A stretch of 64,000 bases of DNA from Promethearchaeota archaeon (GCA_004524535.1 SDNY01000001.1:32001-96000); one strand, 5' to 3'; counted from the stretch's first letter, positions 50,900 to 61,549 are shown. The notes: generated from the sequence alone by a model not told the origin. Translations and numbers: made by a program.

Positions 50900-50934
50900 T
50901 TTTGATAGGATATTATTATAATATTTTTAATAAA

Positions 50935-51438
50935 TTATGCTCTAATTAAAGATAGATTCTTTTCTTCACATATCTTTTTAAGTTCTTCTATGAATTCTTT
51001 TTCTTCAATTGTTTCTGGGACTTCAAATTTAAACTTAACATTGCTAACTTCTTCAAGTTCCGTAAATTTAGCTTGTAATTCTTTGGTTTTAATCCCTTTA
51101 GCCGCCAATCTTTTAATCGTATCAAGAACATCTGTATCAAATACATGTCCAGTTATTATTATAACAAAATGCCTCTTTTTCGCACCGAAAGTTATTTTGT
51201 CAATTGGAATGTTCTTTTCGAAGAGTTCTTTTTGAATTTTCTCCAAGCTGATATCTTTTAATTCTTCGTTCAAATCAAAAGTTATTTCGACAGGAATCAT
51301 ATTATTTATTTTCTTGTCATGATAGTGAAGTATAGAATAGATATTCCCGCCGTTATCTGAAATTGGGGAAATCAACTCAACCAGAGTACCAGGCGTATCA
51401 GGCAATTTTACTACTATATTTACTTCTAAATTTGTCAT
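50935..51438 (-). CDS. Double ACT-domain protein (archaeal partner of homoserine dehydrogenase)
   Basis: LPDTPGTL...GGNIYSILH; second repeat IITGHVFDTD. Confidence 0.85.
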   Translation of the reverse strand: MTNLEVNIVVKLPDTPGTLVELISPISDNGGNIYSILHYHDKKINNMIPVEITFDLNEELKDISLEKIQKELFEKNIPIDKITFGAKKRHFVIIITGHVFDTDVLDTIKRLAAKGIKTKELQAKFTELEEVSNVKFKFEVPETIEEKEFIEELKKICEEKNLSLIRA

Positions 51439-51459
51439 TTTTAATAAACCAATTAAAAT

Positions 51460-52416
51460 CTAAAATTTAATTACATCTACTTTATCTTTACCATCATTTA
51501 TTTTTAGAATCTTTTGTTTAATAATTTTTCCAATAACATTAGCCTCTAAACCGTATTTTTTAAAAACTTTAATTATCGATTCAGTATTATTATCTGAAGC
51601 TGTTAATATAAAAGAGGTTGTTAAATACATTTTAATATACATTTCTAATGTATAATTAAGCCCTTTTAATTGAGGAGGTATTATAATTTTATTTACATTC
51701 ACATCTGCACCAACATTAGAATAATTTGATAGTTGGAGAATAGTTCCAAAAATTCCCCCATTTGAAATATCTTTAGATGCATTTGCGAGGTGTTTTTCAG
51801 CTATTATATTCATAGATTTTCTTTTCATTAATATATCTTCAGAATTTTTGAAAGTCACTGTATCAAAATAGAGTTTGCTTGCTTTTCCTATTCTTCCGTC
51901 AAAATCAACAGCTAATATTATATTATCGTTAATCTGAGCATTTATTGCCGATATATAATTATTTTTATCAATCTCTCCAATCATAGTGGAACTAAGCTCA
52001 TAACAAATTCCATTTGGATTAGTGTGCCCCCTGATTATTGGAACATGAAATTTTTTAGAAGCTTCACATATACCTTCTAAAATAATTTTGCATGTATCAA
52101 TGTTCTTAACTGAGATGATTAAACTTGCGGCAATAGGAATCCCTCCACAGGCGTAAATATCATCTACACTAACTAATATTGAACTAAATCCGGCCCCAAA
52201 AGGAAACTTCTCAATAAAGCCAGTTTTTATTCTATCTGTTGTAACTAATATATATCTATCATTATCTTTTATAGCAGCTGAATCTTGACCTATATCTGAA
52301 AAAATTCGAGAACTTTTAAATGAATTATAATCGATATATTGAACTATAGGGCTAATCGCTATTTTTTCTATTATATTTTCGTTTTTTCTTATGCTTTCAG
52401 CTATTTTTTTTAACAT
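51460..52416 (-). CDS. AIR-synthase-related (PurM/ThiL/SelD superfamily) protein
   Basis: GQDSAAI, TTD, SVDDIYACGG, GHT, KDISNGG. Confidence 0.82.
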   Translation of the reverse strand: MLKKIAESIRKNENIIEKIAISPIVQYIDYNSFKSSRIFSDIGQDSAAIKDNDRYILVTTDRIKTGFIEKFPFGAGFSSILVSVDDIYACGGIPIAASLIISVKNIDTCKIILEGICEASKKFHVPIIRGHTNPNGICYELSSTMIGEIDKNNYISAINAQINDNIILAVDFDGRIGKASKLYFDTVTFKNSEDILMKRKSMNIIAEKHLANASKDISNGGIFGTILQLSNYSNVGADVNVNKIIIPPQLKGLNYTLEMYIKMYLTTSFILTASDNNTESIIKVFKKYGLEANVIGKIIKQKILKINDGKDKVDVIKF

Positions 52417-52790
52417 CTAAGTTTCTTATATAAAGCTATTAATAATTATTTTACCTAAAATTATGATAAGAGATTGGAAATTGATCTTTAAAAAAATAAT
52501 TAGATGAAATTTTATAGAAATCAATCCTTTATTTTCTTTTTTTACGAAAAAACCACGTTGTAAAAGTTTTTTAAAATGGTATTATGTTTTAACTCTTTTC
52601 TTTCCTAACCTTTTTATTATTTCTTGATAATTTTTAATAAGATTATCTCTAATATCGCCCTTTTAATTTAGAAATCATATATAATAATAGATATTAAAAA
52701 TGTATTAATTTCTATTATATATAACTAAAGATTTTTTTATTTAATAAATATAAAAAAAAAAAATATAAAAGTTAAAATTTTGAAAAATTA

Positions 52791-52991
52791 GTGAAAATTA
52801 TGGAGACTAAAACTTTAATTATGATGTTATTCAATGTTGCTTTAATTTTGGCTGTTGCTGGAATCATTACAACCATAGCTCGAATTTTTATAATCTATAA
52901 ACCAATAATTTTTCTTTATGTTCCAATAATCCTTATCGCACTTGGTTTACTTTTACAGATATATTTGAAAGAGAAAGAATTAACAGATTAA
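52791..52991 (+). CDS. Small two-TM membrane protein
   Basis: 66 aa with two hydrophobic helices. Confidence 0.55.
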   Translation: MKIMETKTLIMMLFNVALILAVAGIITTIARIFIIYKPIIFLYVPIILIALGLLLQIYLKEKELTD

Positions 52992-53133
52992 ATACTTTTC
53001 AATTTTTTTTTTTACTTATTTCCAGAAACTTAAATCTTTATTTAAGAGCTCTAAAAAAGATTGAATTGATCTTAATCTAAAATTTTTTAGATTCTTTCAA
53101 CATTTACTATTAACCTTAGCATTAATTATTTTC

Positions 53134-54036
53134 TTAAAAGATTAACTTCATTGGTGTTTTTTCCGATATTTTTTCTCTTAATATTCTCTTACGGTAATAA
53201 GAATTTATTCCTGAGATTAATGCGATTGAAGGAACAACACATTTTGCGTATTTCACACCACCAAATAATATAAAATCACTACCTGCATCTGCACAATATG
53301 TCATAAGAGAAGCAATTGCTCCACATCGAGAACTAATTCCAAACTTTTTGACAAACTCCCACCCATATATTGCATTAGAAGGAGCAAATCCTGTAGGTAG
53401 ACCTAATTCACTTTTAACTAGTCGTGTGGTTTCCACATTTATACAAATTGAAGGCAAGTCCAACACTGCCGCATCCACAATAATATTTTCAATTTGTGCT
53501 TTTTGAGACATAGGAATTAATTTTTCATTAAGTAGTTTTAATTTTTGTTCAGGAAAGATATATCTATTGCCGAAGGCTAAAAGAACAGCGTTTCTCACTC
53601 CAATATTTTTTAATTTATCTAAATTTTCATCGCTCGTGTTATCATCAATACTATTTAATATAGCCCTGGCTAATAATCCGATTTCTTTTAATCCTTCCAT
53701 TGCTGGGATCCGAATACTATCATTTAATCCATCAACTAAAAATGGACAATCTACTATATCAGCAATGTATTCACATTGTTTTATAAGTGCTTCAGGATGC
53801 GCTCCTACAACATCAATAATCGCCTGCATCCCTGTTTCTTCTATAATTGTTAAAAACTCGTTTAATTCTTGTTCTACTATATTTTTATCGATTCTCCCTG
53901 CCTTTTCATCTAATAGAGCTTTATGATTTTTATAAAAGACAGATCCAATCAAAACTATTGGATTTTCACCGGGTTGTCCTCCGATTTTAACATTTCCAAT
54001 TTCTACTACTTTTTGGTTTTTTTCAAATTTTAGCAT
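53134..54036 (-). CDS. mtrH: MtrH-family (pterin-binding) methyltransferase
   Basis: KIGGQPGENPIVLIGSVFY, PFLVD, ILNSI, GLPTG.APSNA, GSDFILFG. Confidence 0.88.
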   Translation of the reverse strand: MLKFEKNQKVVEIGNVKIGGQPGENPIVLIGSVFYKNHKALLDEKAGRIDKNIVEQELNEFLTIIEETGMQAIIDVVGAHPEALIKQCEYIADIVDCPFLVDGLNDSIRIPAMEGLKEIGLLARAILNSIDDNTSDENLDKLKNIGVRNAVLLAFGNRYIFPEQKLKLLNEKLIPMSQKAQIENIIVDAAVLDLPSICINVETTRLVKSELGLPTGFAPSNAIYGWEFVKKFGISSRCGAIASLMTYCADAGSDFILFGGVKYAKCVVPSIALISGINSYYRKRILREKISEKTPMKLIF

Positions 54037-54142
54037 AAACTAGTAAAGAATATCAAAAATAAAAGATATACTCTAAATTTGAGTTTGAAATAATTCTCAG
54101 GAAAACTTCCCAGTAAAGTGGAAAAATCTGGTAATAAGAAAA

Positions 54143-55468
54143 TTAACTTTTTGTTTCAACAATATAATAATCTTTATCAAAATGTAGTTTTAACAAACAA
54201 ATTCCAAGTAATACAGTAAAAATTAGATAACCAATACCCCCACCAAACAAATTAGGATAATTTGGATTCAATAATTCTATTCTGGTATCAAATGTTAAAT
54301 AAATGCCTAAAATGGAAATTAATCCAATGAGTACGTATTTATTTTTTTTAATAAAATCTCTTCCTATTATATCTTGATAAAAGAAAGGTATAAAAAATAA
54401 AACAGTTAGGGGTAATAGAATTATTATAGTTTTATAAGCCAAGTGATTTAAGAATATGAAAGCAATCGCAAAATAACTGAATTTTTCGTGTATCTTCAAT
54501 TTTTTAGTTATTATTAAGAATCCTATGATTTCGTACATAAAAATCATGAGTATAAGGTTTACTAAATATTTAGCTAAGCGCGGAATAATAAAAATCTCAT
54601 CTATGAAAATTAAATAATAACACACTGAGTTTAATTGTACCCATTGAAAAAATCTAAAAACTTTGTAATAATCAAAAATAAGTTCTGGATAAATAAAAAA
54701 CAGAAAATTTTGAGCTAGAAGAATTATTGCTACTAATCCATAGGTCTCAAGATTTTCTTTCTTTAATAATTCGCCAAGAGTGATATCGTGAAATATAAAG
54801 ATTAATAACAAAAAAATAAAATAAGGGATCATCGAAACAATCAGACCAAAAAGAAAATAAGTAATAAATTTATATTTGATATCTTTCTCTTTTTCTTCTT
54901 TTTTGTATTGAATTTCTCTTCTAAGGATAAATAATAATATTGTCCCTGCCAAGAATTTTGATTGATTTGTCAAAAACTGAAAATATATGAGAAATCCATT
55001 TGAAATTACCATGAGAAACAAAAATCTATGAATTTTTTCTTTAACACCTAATAATTTTAAGATTTTATTGAATTCTAATACGAATAAAACTGCAAAAATA
55101 TAATTTAAACTATACCAGATAAAGTAAGAGATACTATAAGGCAATAATGATAAGGATATTGCCCAAAGCATAAGGAAAAATGGTAAATATGTATTTAGAA
55201 GCCAAAATTCATTTTTTTCTTCGTAAACTCTATTTGGGTCAATTAAAAGCTGTCTTCCAGATCGATAATAAGTCCAGGAATCAGAATAATATAAATATGG
55301 GAAATGGTTCACTACAATTAAAAAATGTATTGCCCATGTGCCAATACATATCAACGGAATAATAATATAAAGGATTTCGTTATTTTTCTTTTTTCTAAGG
55401 TATAAAAACAAGCATATAAGGAAAAATATTAATGAAAACCATATAATTGATAAAAAAAGAAATAGCAA
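54143..55468 (-). CDS. GT87-like (GT-C) membrane glycosyltransferase, array copy 1 (most divergent at the first-loop motif)
   Basis: About 11 TM helices; DSWTYY...YLPFF, NQSK. Confidence 0.75.
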   Translation of the reverse strand: MLFLFLSIIWFSLIFFLICLFLYLRKKKNNEILYIIIPLICIGTWAIHFLIVVNHFPYLYYSDSWTYYRSGRQLLIDPNRVYEEKNEFWLLNTYLPFFLMLWAISLSLLPYSISYFIWYSLNYIFAVLFVLEFNKILKLLGVKEKIHRFLFLMVISNGFLIYFQFLTNQSKFLAGTILLFILRREIQYKKEEKEKDIKYKFITYFLFGLIVSMIPYFIFLLLIFIFHDITLGELLKKENLETYGLVAIILLAQNFLFFIYPELIFDYYKVFRFFQWVQLNSVCYYLIFIDEIFIIPRLAKYLVNLILMIFMYEIIGFLIITKKLKIHEKFSYFAIAFIFLNHLAYKTIIILLPLTVLFFIPFFYQDIIGRDFIKKNKYVLIGLISILGIYLTFDTRIELLNPNYPNLFGGGIGYLIFTVLLGICLLKLHFDKDYYIVETKS

Positions 55469-55600
55469 GGCTCATTCTCACTTTCTTTATTTCACTATTT
55501 AATGATAAAATTAATCTTTCTTTAAAAATATTGATATGAACGTCTATAATTAATGAAATTGAAGCTTAATATATTTCTAGTTTAATTCTCTTCAGAATCA
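55469..55600. repeat. Conserved ~130-bp intergenic spacer, repeated at 56942-57073, 58418-58548, 59921-60052, 61415-61549 and 62879-63012; likely per-gene promoter/RBS
   Basis: TCACTTTCTTTATTTCACTATTTAATGATAAAATTAATCTTTCTTTAAAAATATTGATATGAA...GAAGCTTAATATATTTCTAGTTTAATTCTCTTCAGAATCA recurs six times; minus strand has TATA-like TTTTTAAA. Confidence 0.93.
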
Positions 55601-56941
55601 CTATCCATCTTCCGTTTTTCTTTCAACAATATAAAAATCTTTGTCTAAATGTAGTTTTAACAAACAAATTCCCAGTAATACGGTAAAAATTAGATAACCA
55701 GCACTCCCACCAAATATATTAGGATATAATGGATTTTCTACAGGATTAAATGGATTTACTACATTTACAGATAGATAAATACCTAAAACGGATAATAATC
55801 CAATCAGTATGTATTTATTTTTTTTAAAAAAATCTCTTCCTCTTACATCTTGATGGAAGTAAGGAATAAAAAGTAAAAGAGTTAGGGGTAATAAAATTAT
55901 TAAAGTTTTATCAGCTAAGCTATATAAAAATATGAAAGAAATTGCAAAATAGCTGAATTTTTCGTGTATCTTCAATTTTTTAGTTATTATTAAGAATCCT
56001 ATGATTTCGCCCAAAATAATGAGAAGTATAAGGGAGACTATAAATTGAGTCATGTTTGGAATAATAAAAATCTCATTTATAATAATTAAATAATAATGCA
56101 CTAATCTAAATTGTAAAATTTGATAAAATTTTAAAACTTCGAAATAATCTAAAATAAGTCCTGGATAAATAAAAAACAAAAAATTTTGAGATAAAAAAAT
56201 TACTGCGACTAATCCATAGGTTTTAAGATTTTCTTTCTTAAATAATTCGCCAAAAGGAATATCGTGAAACATAAAGATTAATAACAAAAAAATAAAATAG
56301 GGGGCCATCGTTACAATCATACAAAAAAGAAAATAAGTAATAAACTTATATTTGAAATCTTTCTCTTTTTCTTCTTTGTTGTATTGAATTTCTCTTCTAA
56401 GGATAAATAATAATATTGCCCCTACCAAGAATTTTGATTGATTTAAAGCAAACTGGTGAAATATAAGAAATCCATTTGAAATTACCATTAGAAACAAAAA
56501 TCTATGCATTTTTTCTCTAATCCCTAATAATTTTAAGATTTTATTGAATTCTAATACGAGTAAAATCGCAAAAATATAATTTAGACCATACCAAATTAAG
56601 TAAGATATATTATAAGGTAATAATGATAGAGATATTGCCCAAAGCATAAGAAAAAATGGTAAATATATCACCCCCCAATAACCATAATCTTTTTTATAAA
56701 AGCTATTTGGGTTAATTAAAAGCTGTCTCCCAGAGTAATAGTAAATCCCAAAATCCCAAAAAGGAATTTCTTGGTTAATGGTTACTAAAGTTAAGCAATA
56801 TAGAGCCCATATGCCAATACATATCAACGGAATAATAATATAAAGGATTTCATAATTTTTCTTTTTTCTAAGGTATAAAAACAAGCATATGAGGAAAAAT
56901 ATTAACGATAGCCATATAATTGATAAAAACCAAATTAGCAA
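55601..56941 (-). CDS. GT87-like glycosyltransferase, array copy 2
   Basis: DFGIYY...YLPFF, NQSK; colinear paralog. Confidence 0.78.
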   Translation of the reverse strand: MLIWFLSIIWLSLIFFLICLFLYLRKKKNYEILYIIIPLICIGIWALYCLTLVTINQEIPFWDFGIYYYSGRQLLINPNSFYKKDYGYWGVIYLPFFLMLWAISLSLLPYNISYLIWYGLNYIFAILLVLEFNKILKLLGIREKMHRFLFLMVISNGFLIFHQFALNQSKFLVGAILLFILRREIQYNKEEKEKDFKYKFITYFLFCMIVTMAPYFIFLLLIFMFHDIPFGELFKKENLKTYGLVAVIFLSQNFLFFIYPGLILDYFEVLKFYQILQFRLVHYYLIIINEIFIIPNMTQFIVSLILLIILGEIIGFLIITKKLKIHEKFSYFAISFIFLYSLADKTLIILLPLTLLLFIPYFHQDVRGRDFFKKNKYILIGLLSVLGIYLSVNVVNPFNPVENPLYPNIFGGSAGYLIFTVLLGICLLKLHLDKDFYIVERKTEDG

Positions 56942-57073
56942 GACTCTATCTCACTTTCTTTATTTCACTATTTAATGATAAAATTAATCTTTCTTTAAAA
57001 ATATTGATATGAACGTCTATAATTAATGAAATTGAAGCTTAATATATTTCTAGTTTAATTCTCTTCAGAATCA

Positions 57074-58417
57074 CTAGCCATCTTCCGTTTTTCTTTCAAC
57101 AATATAAAAATCTTTGTCTAAATGTAGTTTTAACAAACAAATTCCCAGTAATACAGTAAAAATTAGGTAACCAGCACTCCCACCAAACAAATTAGGATAA
57201 AGTGGATTTTCTATAGGATAAAATAGATTTTCTACATTCACTGATAAATAAATACCCAAAACGGAAATTAATCCAATCAATATGTATTTATTTTTTTTAA
57301 AAAAATCTCTTCCTATTTCATCTTGATGGAAGAAAGGAATAAAAAGTAAAAGAGTTAGGGGAAATAAAATTATAAGAACTCTATGAGCTAAGTGATTTAA
57401 TAATATAAAAGAAAATGCAAAATAGCTGAATTTTTCTTGTATCTTCAATTTTTTAGTGATTAATAAGAATCCTATGATTTCGTACATAATAATGAGGAAT
57501 ATAAGGGTAAGTATAAATTTAGCTCCGTTTGGAATTATAAAAATATCATATATAAACATAAAATAATAAAGCGCTAATCTAAATTGCAAATTTTGAAAAT
57601 ATCTAATAATTTTAAAATAATCAAAAATAAGTCCTGGATAAATAATAAATAAAAAATTTTGAGCTAAAAAAATTACTGCGACTAATCCATAGGTTTTAAG
57701 ATTTTCTTTCTCAAATAATTCGCTAAAAGGGATATCGTGGAATATAAAGATTAATAACAAAAAAAGAAAAAAAGGGATCATCCCCACAATCATAACAAAA
57801 AGGAAATACGTAATAAATTTATATTTGAAATCTTTCTCTTTTTCTTCTTTGTTGTATTGAATTTCTCTTCTAAGAATAAATAATAATAGTGCACCTACGA
57901 AGAATTTTGATTGATTTAAACCAAATTGTAGAAATATAAGATAACCATTTGAAATTACCATGAGGAACAAAAATCTATGAATTTTTTCCTTAATCTCTAA
58001 TAATTTTAAGATTTTATTGAATTCTAATACGAATAAAACCGCAAAAATATAATGTAAAATATACCAGATAAAGTAAGCTACAACATAAGGCAATAATGAA
58101 ATGGATATTGCCCAAAGCATAAGAAAAAATGGTAAACTTGTCATTCCCATCCAATAACCATGATCCTCTTTATAAAATCTATTTGGGTCAATTAAAAGCT
58201 GTCTCCCAGAGTAATAGTAAATCCCAAAATCAAAATAAAGAAATTTTGGGTTAAAAGATAGTATAATTAACCAATGTATCGCCCATAACCCAATAGAAAT
58301 CAAGGGAATAATAATATAAAGGATTTCGTTATTTTTCTTTTTTCTAAGGTATAAAAACAAGCATATGAGGAAAAATATTAGCGATAGCCATAAAATTGAT
58401 AAATAAATAAATAGCAC
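57074..58417 (-). CDS. GT87-like glycosyltransferase, array copy 3
   Basis: DFGIYY...SLPFF, NQSK; GTG start. Confidence 0.78.
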   Translation of the reverse strand: MLFIYLSILWLSLIFFLICLFLYLRKKKNNEILYIIIPLISIGLWAIHWLIILSFNPKFLYFDFGIYYYSGRQLLIDPNRFYKEDHGYWMGMTSLPFFLMLWAISISLLPYVVAYFIWYILHYIFAVLFVLEFNKILKLLEIKEKIHRFLFLMVISNGYLIFLQFGLNQSKFFVGALLLFILRREIQYNKEEKEKDFKYKFITYFLFVMIVGMIPFFLFLLLIFIFHDIPFSELFEKENLKTYGLVAVIFLAQNFLFIIYPGLIFDYFKIIRYFQNLQFRLALYYFMFIYDIFIIPNGAKFILTLIFLIIMYEIIGFLLITKKLKIQEKFSYFAFSFILLNHLAHRVLIILFPLTLLLFIPFFHQDEIGRDFFKKNKYILIGLISVLGIYLSVNVENLFYPIENPLYPNLFGGSAGYLIFTVLLGICLLKLHLDKDFYIVERKTEDG

Positions 58418-58591
58418 GGCTTACTATCACTTTCTTGTTTCAGTATTTAATGATAAAATTAATTATTCTTTAAAAATATTGATATGAAAGGTTATACTTA
58501 ATTCAATTGAAGCATAATATATTTCTAGTTTAATTCTTTTCAGAATCACTAGCAATCCCCCGCTTTTCTCTTAATTTCTTTATAGGTCTAC

Positions 58592-59920
58592 TTAGAGTTC
58601 CTGTTTTCTTTCAACAATATAAAAATCTTTGTCTAAATACAGTTTTAACAAACAAATTCCAAGTAATATAGTAAAAATTAACCAACCAGCACTCCCACCA
58701 AACAAATTAGGATAATGTGGATTAAATCCTAATACTCCTTCCCATGTAAAATAAATGCCTGAAACGGAAATTAATCCCATCAGTACGTATTTATTTTTTT
58801 TTATAAAATCTTTTCCTCTTACCTCTTGATAAAAGAAAGGAATAAAAAGTAAAAGAGTTAGGGGTAATAAAATTATTAGGATTCTATAAGCTAGGTAACT
58901 TAAAAATATGAAAGAAATGGCATAATAACTGAATTTTTCTTGTATATTCAATTTTTTAGTTATTAATAAGAAACCTATGATTACGTACATAAAAATGAGG
59001 AATATAAAGGATACTATAATTTTAGCTAGTATTGGAATAATAAAAATCCTATTTAAGATAATTAAATAATAATTCTCTAAAAAAAGACTAAAAATATGCC
59101 ATTTTTGAGAAATTAGAAAAAAATCAAAAATAAGTCTTGGATAAATAATAAACAAAAAATTTTGAGCTAGAAAAATTGATCCTACTAATCCATAGGTTTT
59201 AAGATTTTCTTTCTCAAATAATTCGCCAAAAGGGATATCGTGAAAGATAAAAATTAATAACAAAAAAAGAAAAAAAGGGATCATCCCAACAATCATACAA
59301 AAAAGAAAATAAGTAATAAATTTATATTTGAAATCTTTCACTCTTTCTTCTTTTTTGTATTGAATTTCTCTTCTAAGGATAAAAAATAATAGTGTCCCTA
59401 CGATGAATTTTGATTGATTGCTAAAAAATTGAAGATATATGAGATAACCATTTGAAGTTACCATGAGAAACAAAAATCTATGAATTTTTTCTTTAATCCC
59501 TAATAATTTTAAGATTTTATTGAATTCTAATACGAGTAAAACCGCAAAAATATAATTTAAACCATACCAGATAAAGTAAGATATCCTATAAGGCAATAAT
59601 GAGAGCGATGTTGCCCAAAACATAGGAAAAAATGGTAAATATATCATTCCTGTCGAGTCACCATTTTTTTCTATGTACAATCTATTAGGGTCAATTAAAA
59701 GCTGTCTACCTGAGTAATAATAAATAGAAAAATCTATATAAGCATTTAATGGGAAAAAATATGCTACAATTAAACTATGTATCGCCCATATGCCAATACA
59801 AATCAAGGGGATAATAATATAAAGGATTTCGTTATTTTTCTTTTTTCTAAGATATAAAAACAAGCATATAAGGAAAAGTATTAACGATAGCCATATAATT
59901 GATAAAAACCGAAATAGCAA
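58592..59920 (-). CDS. GT87-like glycosyltransferase, array copy 4
   Basis: DFSIYY...YLPFF, NQSK; altered C-terminus (RKQEL). Confidence 0.78.
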   Translation of the reverse strand: MLFRFLSIIWLSLILFLICLFLYLRKKKNNEILYIIIPLICIGIWAIHSLIVAYFFPLNAYIDFSIYYYSGRQLLIDPNRLYIEKNGDSTGMIYLPFFPMFWATSLSLLPYRISYFIWYGLNYIFAVLLVLEFNKILKLLGIKEKIHRFLFLMVTSNGYLIYLQFFSNQSKFIVGTLLFFILRREIQYKKEERVKDFKYKFITYFLFCMIVGMIPFFLFLLLIFIFHDIPFGELFEKENLKTYGLVGSIFLAQNFLFIIYPRLIFDFFLISQKWHIFSLFLENYYLIILNRIFIIPILAKIIVSFIFLIFMYVIIGFLLITKKLNIQEKFSYYAISFIFLSYLAYRILIILLPLTLLLFIPFFYQEVRGKDFIKKNKYVLMGLISVSGIYFTWEGVLGFNPHYPNLFGGSAGWLIFTILLGICLLKLYLDKDFYIVERKQEL

Positions 59921-60052
59921 GGCTCTATCTCACTTTCTTTATTTCACTATTTAATGATAAAATTAACCTTTCTTTAAAAATATTGATATAAAAGGCTATA
60001 ATTAATTCATTTGAATCTTAATATATTTCTAGATTAATTTTCTTCAGAATTA

Positions 60053-61414
60053 CTAGCAATCTTCCGTTTTTCTTTCAACAATATGAAAATCTTTATCTAA
60101 ATGTAGTTTTAATAAACAAATTCCAAGTAATATAGTAAAAATTAACCAACCAGCACTCCCACCAAACAAATTAGGATAATATGAATATGGATTTAATATA
60201 TTTAATCTTGTCTCACTGGTTAAATTAATGTCATATGTTAAATAAATGCCTAAAACAGAAATTAATCCAATCAGTACGTATTTATTTTTTTTAATAAAAT
60301 TTCTCCCTATTTCATCTTGATGGAAGAAAGGAATAAAAAGTAAAAGAGTTAAGGGGATTAGAACTATCAAAGTTTTAAAAGCTATGCTATTTAAAAATAT
60401 GAAAGAAATTGCAAAATAGCTGAATTTTTCGTGTATCTTCAATTTTTTAGTTATTAATAAGAATCCTATGATTTCGTACAGAATAATGAGAAATATAACG
60501 GAGACTATAACTTTAACTGCGATTGGAATAATAAAAATCTCATGTATAAAAGTTAAATAATAAAACGCTAAGCTAATTTGGTAAATTTGATAATATCTAA
60601 AAATTATGAAATAATAATCAAAAATAAGTCTTGGATAAATAATAAATAAAAAATTTTGAGATAGAAAAATTACTGCGACTAATCCATAGGTTTTAAGATT
60701 TTCTTTCTCAAATAATTCGCTAAAAGGGATATCGTGAAAGATAGAGATTAATAAAAAAAAAATAAAATAAGGGACCATCCCAATAATCATACCAAAAAGA
60801 AAATAAGTAATAAATTTATATTTGAAATCTTTCTCTTTTTCTTCTTTGTTGTATTGAATTTCTCTTCTAAGGATAAATAATAATAGTGCACATACGAAGA
60901 ATTTTGATTGATTTAAAGCAAATTGCATAATTATGAGAAATCCATTTGAAATTACTATGAGAAACAAAAATCTATTAATTTTTTCTTTCACACCTAATAA
61001 TTTTAAGATTTTATTGAATTCTAATACGAGTAAAGCTGCAAAAATATAATTTACCCCATACCAGATAAAATAAGCTATGTGATAAGGGAATAATGAAATG
61101 GATATTGCCCAAAGCATACCAAAAAATGGTAAACATGGGATTGAGTCCCAGTAATAAGGATGTTCTCTGTAAAATTTATTAGGGTCAATTAAAAGCTGTC
61201 TACTAGGGTAATAGTAAATCCCAAAATCAGAATAAAAAAATCTTGGGTTAAAGTATAGTATAATTAACCAATGTATCGCCCAGAGACCAATACAAATCAA
61301 CGGAATAATTATATAAAGTATTTCATTATTTTTCTTTTTTCTAAGGTATAAAAACAAGCATATAAGGAAAAATATTAATGAAAACCATATAATTGATAAA
61401 AAAAGAAATAGCAA
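60053..61414 (-). CDS. GT87-like glycosyltransferase, array copy 5
   Basis: DFGIYY...CLPFF, NQSK. Confidence 0.78.
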   Translation of the reverse strand: MLFLFLSIIWFSLIFFLICLFLYLRKKKNNEILYIIIPLICIGLWAIHWLIILYFNPRFFYSDFGIYYYPSRQLLIDPNKFYREHPYYWDSIPCLPFFGMLWAISISLFPYHIAYFIWYGVNYIFAALLVLEFNKILKLLGVKEKINRFLFLIVISNGFLIIMQFALNQSKFFVCALLLFILRREIQYNKEEKEKDFKYKFITYFLFGMIIGMVPYFIFFLLISIFHDIPFSELFEKENLKTYGLVAVIFLSQNFLFIIYPRLIFDYYFIIFRYYQIYQISLAFYYLTFIHEIFIIPIAVKVIVSVIFLIILYEIIGFLLITKKLKIHEKFSYFAISFIFLNSIAFKTLIVLIPLTLLLFIPFFHQDEIGRNFIKKNKYVLIGLISVLGIYLTYDINLTSETRLNILNPYSYYPNLFGGSAGWLIFTILLGICLLKLHLDKDFHIVERKTEDC

Positions 61415-61549
61415 GGCTCAATCTCACTTTCTTTATTTCACTATTTAATGATAAAATTAATCTTTCTTTAAAAATATTGATATGAAAGGCTATACTTAAT
61501 TCAATTGAAGCTTAATATATTTCTAGTTTAATTCTCTTCAGAATCATTA

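Noticed and set aside
52417-52790. Long AT-rich intergenic region as a possible ncRNA or origin
   Set aside because: No GC-rich stem, tRNA fold or repeated ORB-like boxes were seen; consistent with divergent promoters.
51460-54036. Methanogenesis locus (mtrH plus AIR-synthase-like marker protein)
   Set aside because: No mcr or mtrA-G genes; both families occur in non-methanogens.
1681-55362. Short track ORFs overlapping longer genes (for example 1681, 4972, 7378, 11735, 12603, 12852, 14801, 26156, 36132, 39202, 42246, 47483, 53567, 55180)
   Set aside because: They are antisense or alternate-frame to motif-bearing genes and have no motifs of their own.
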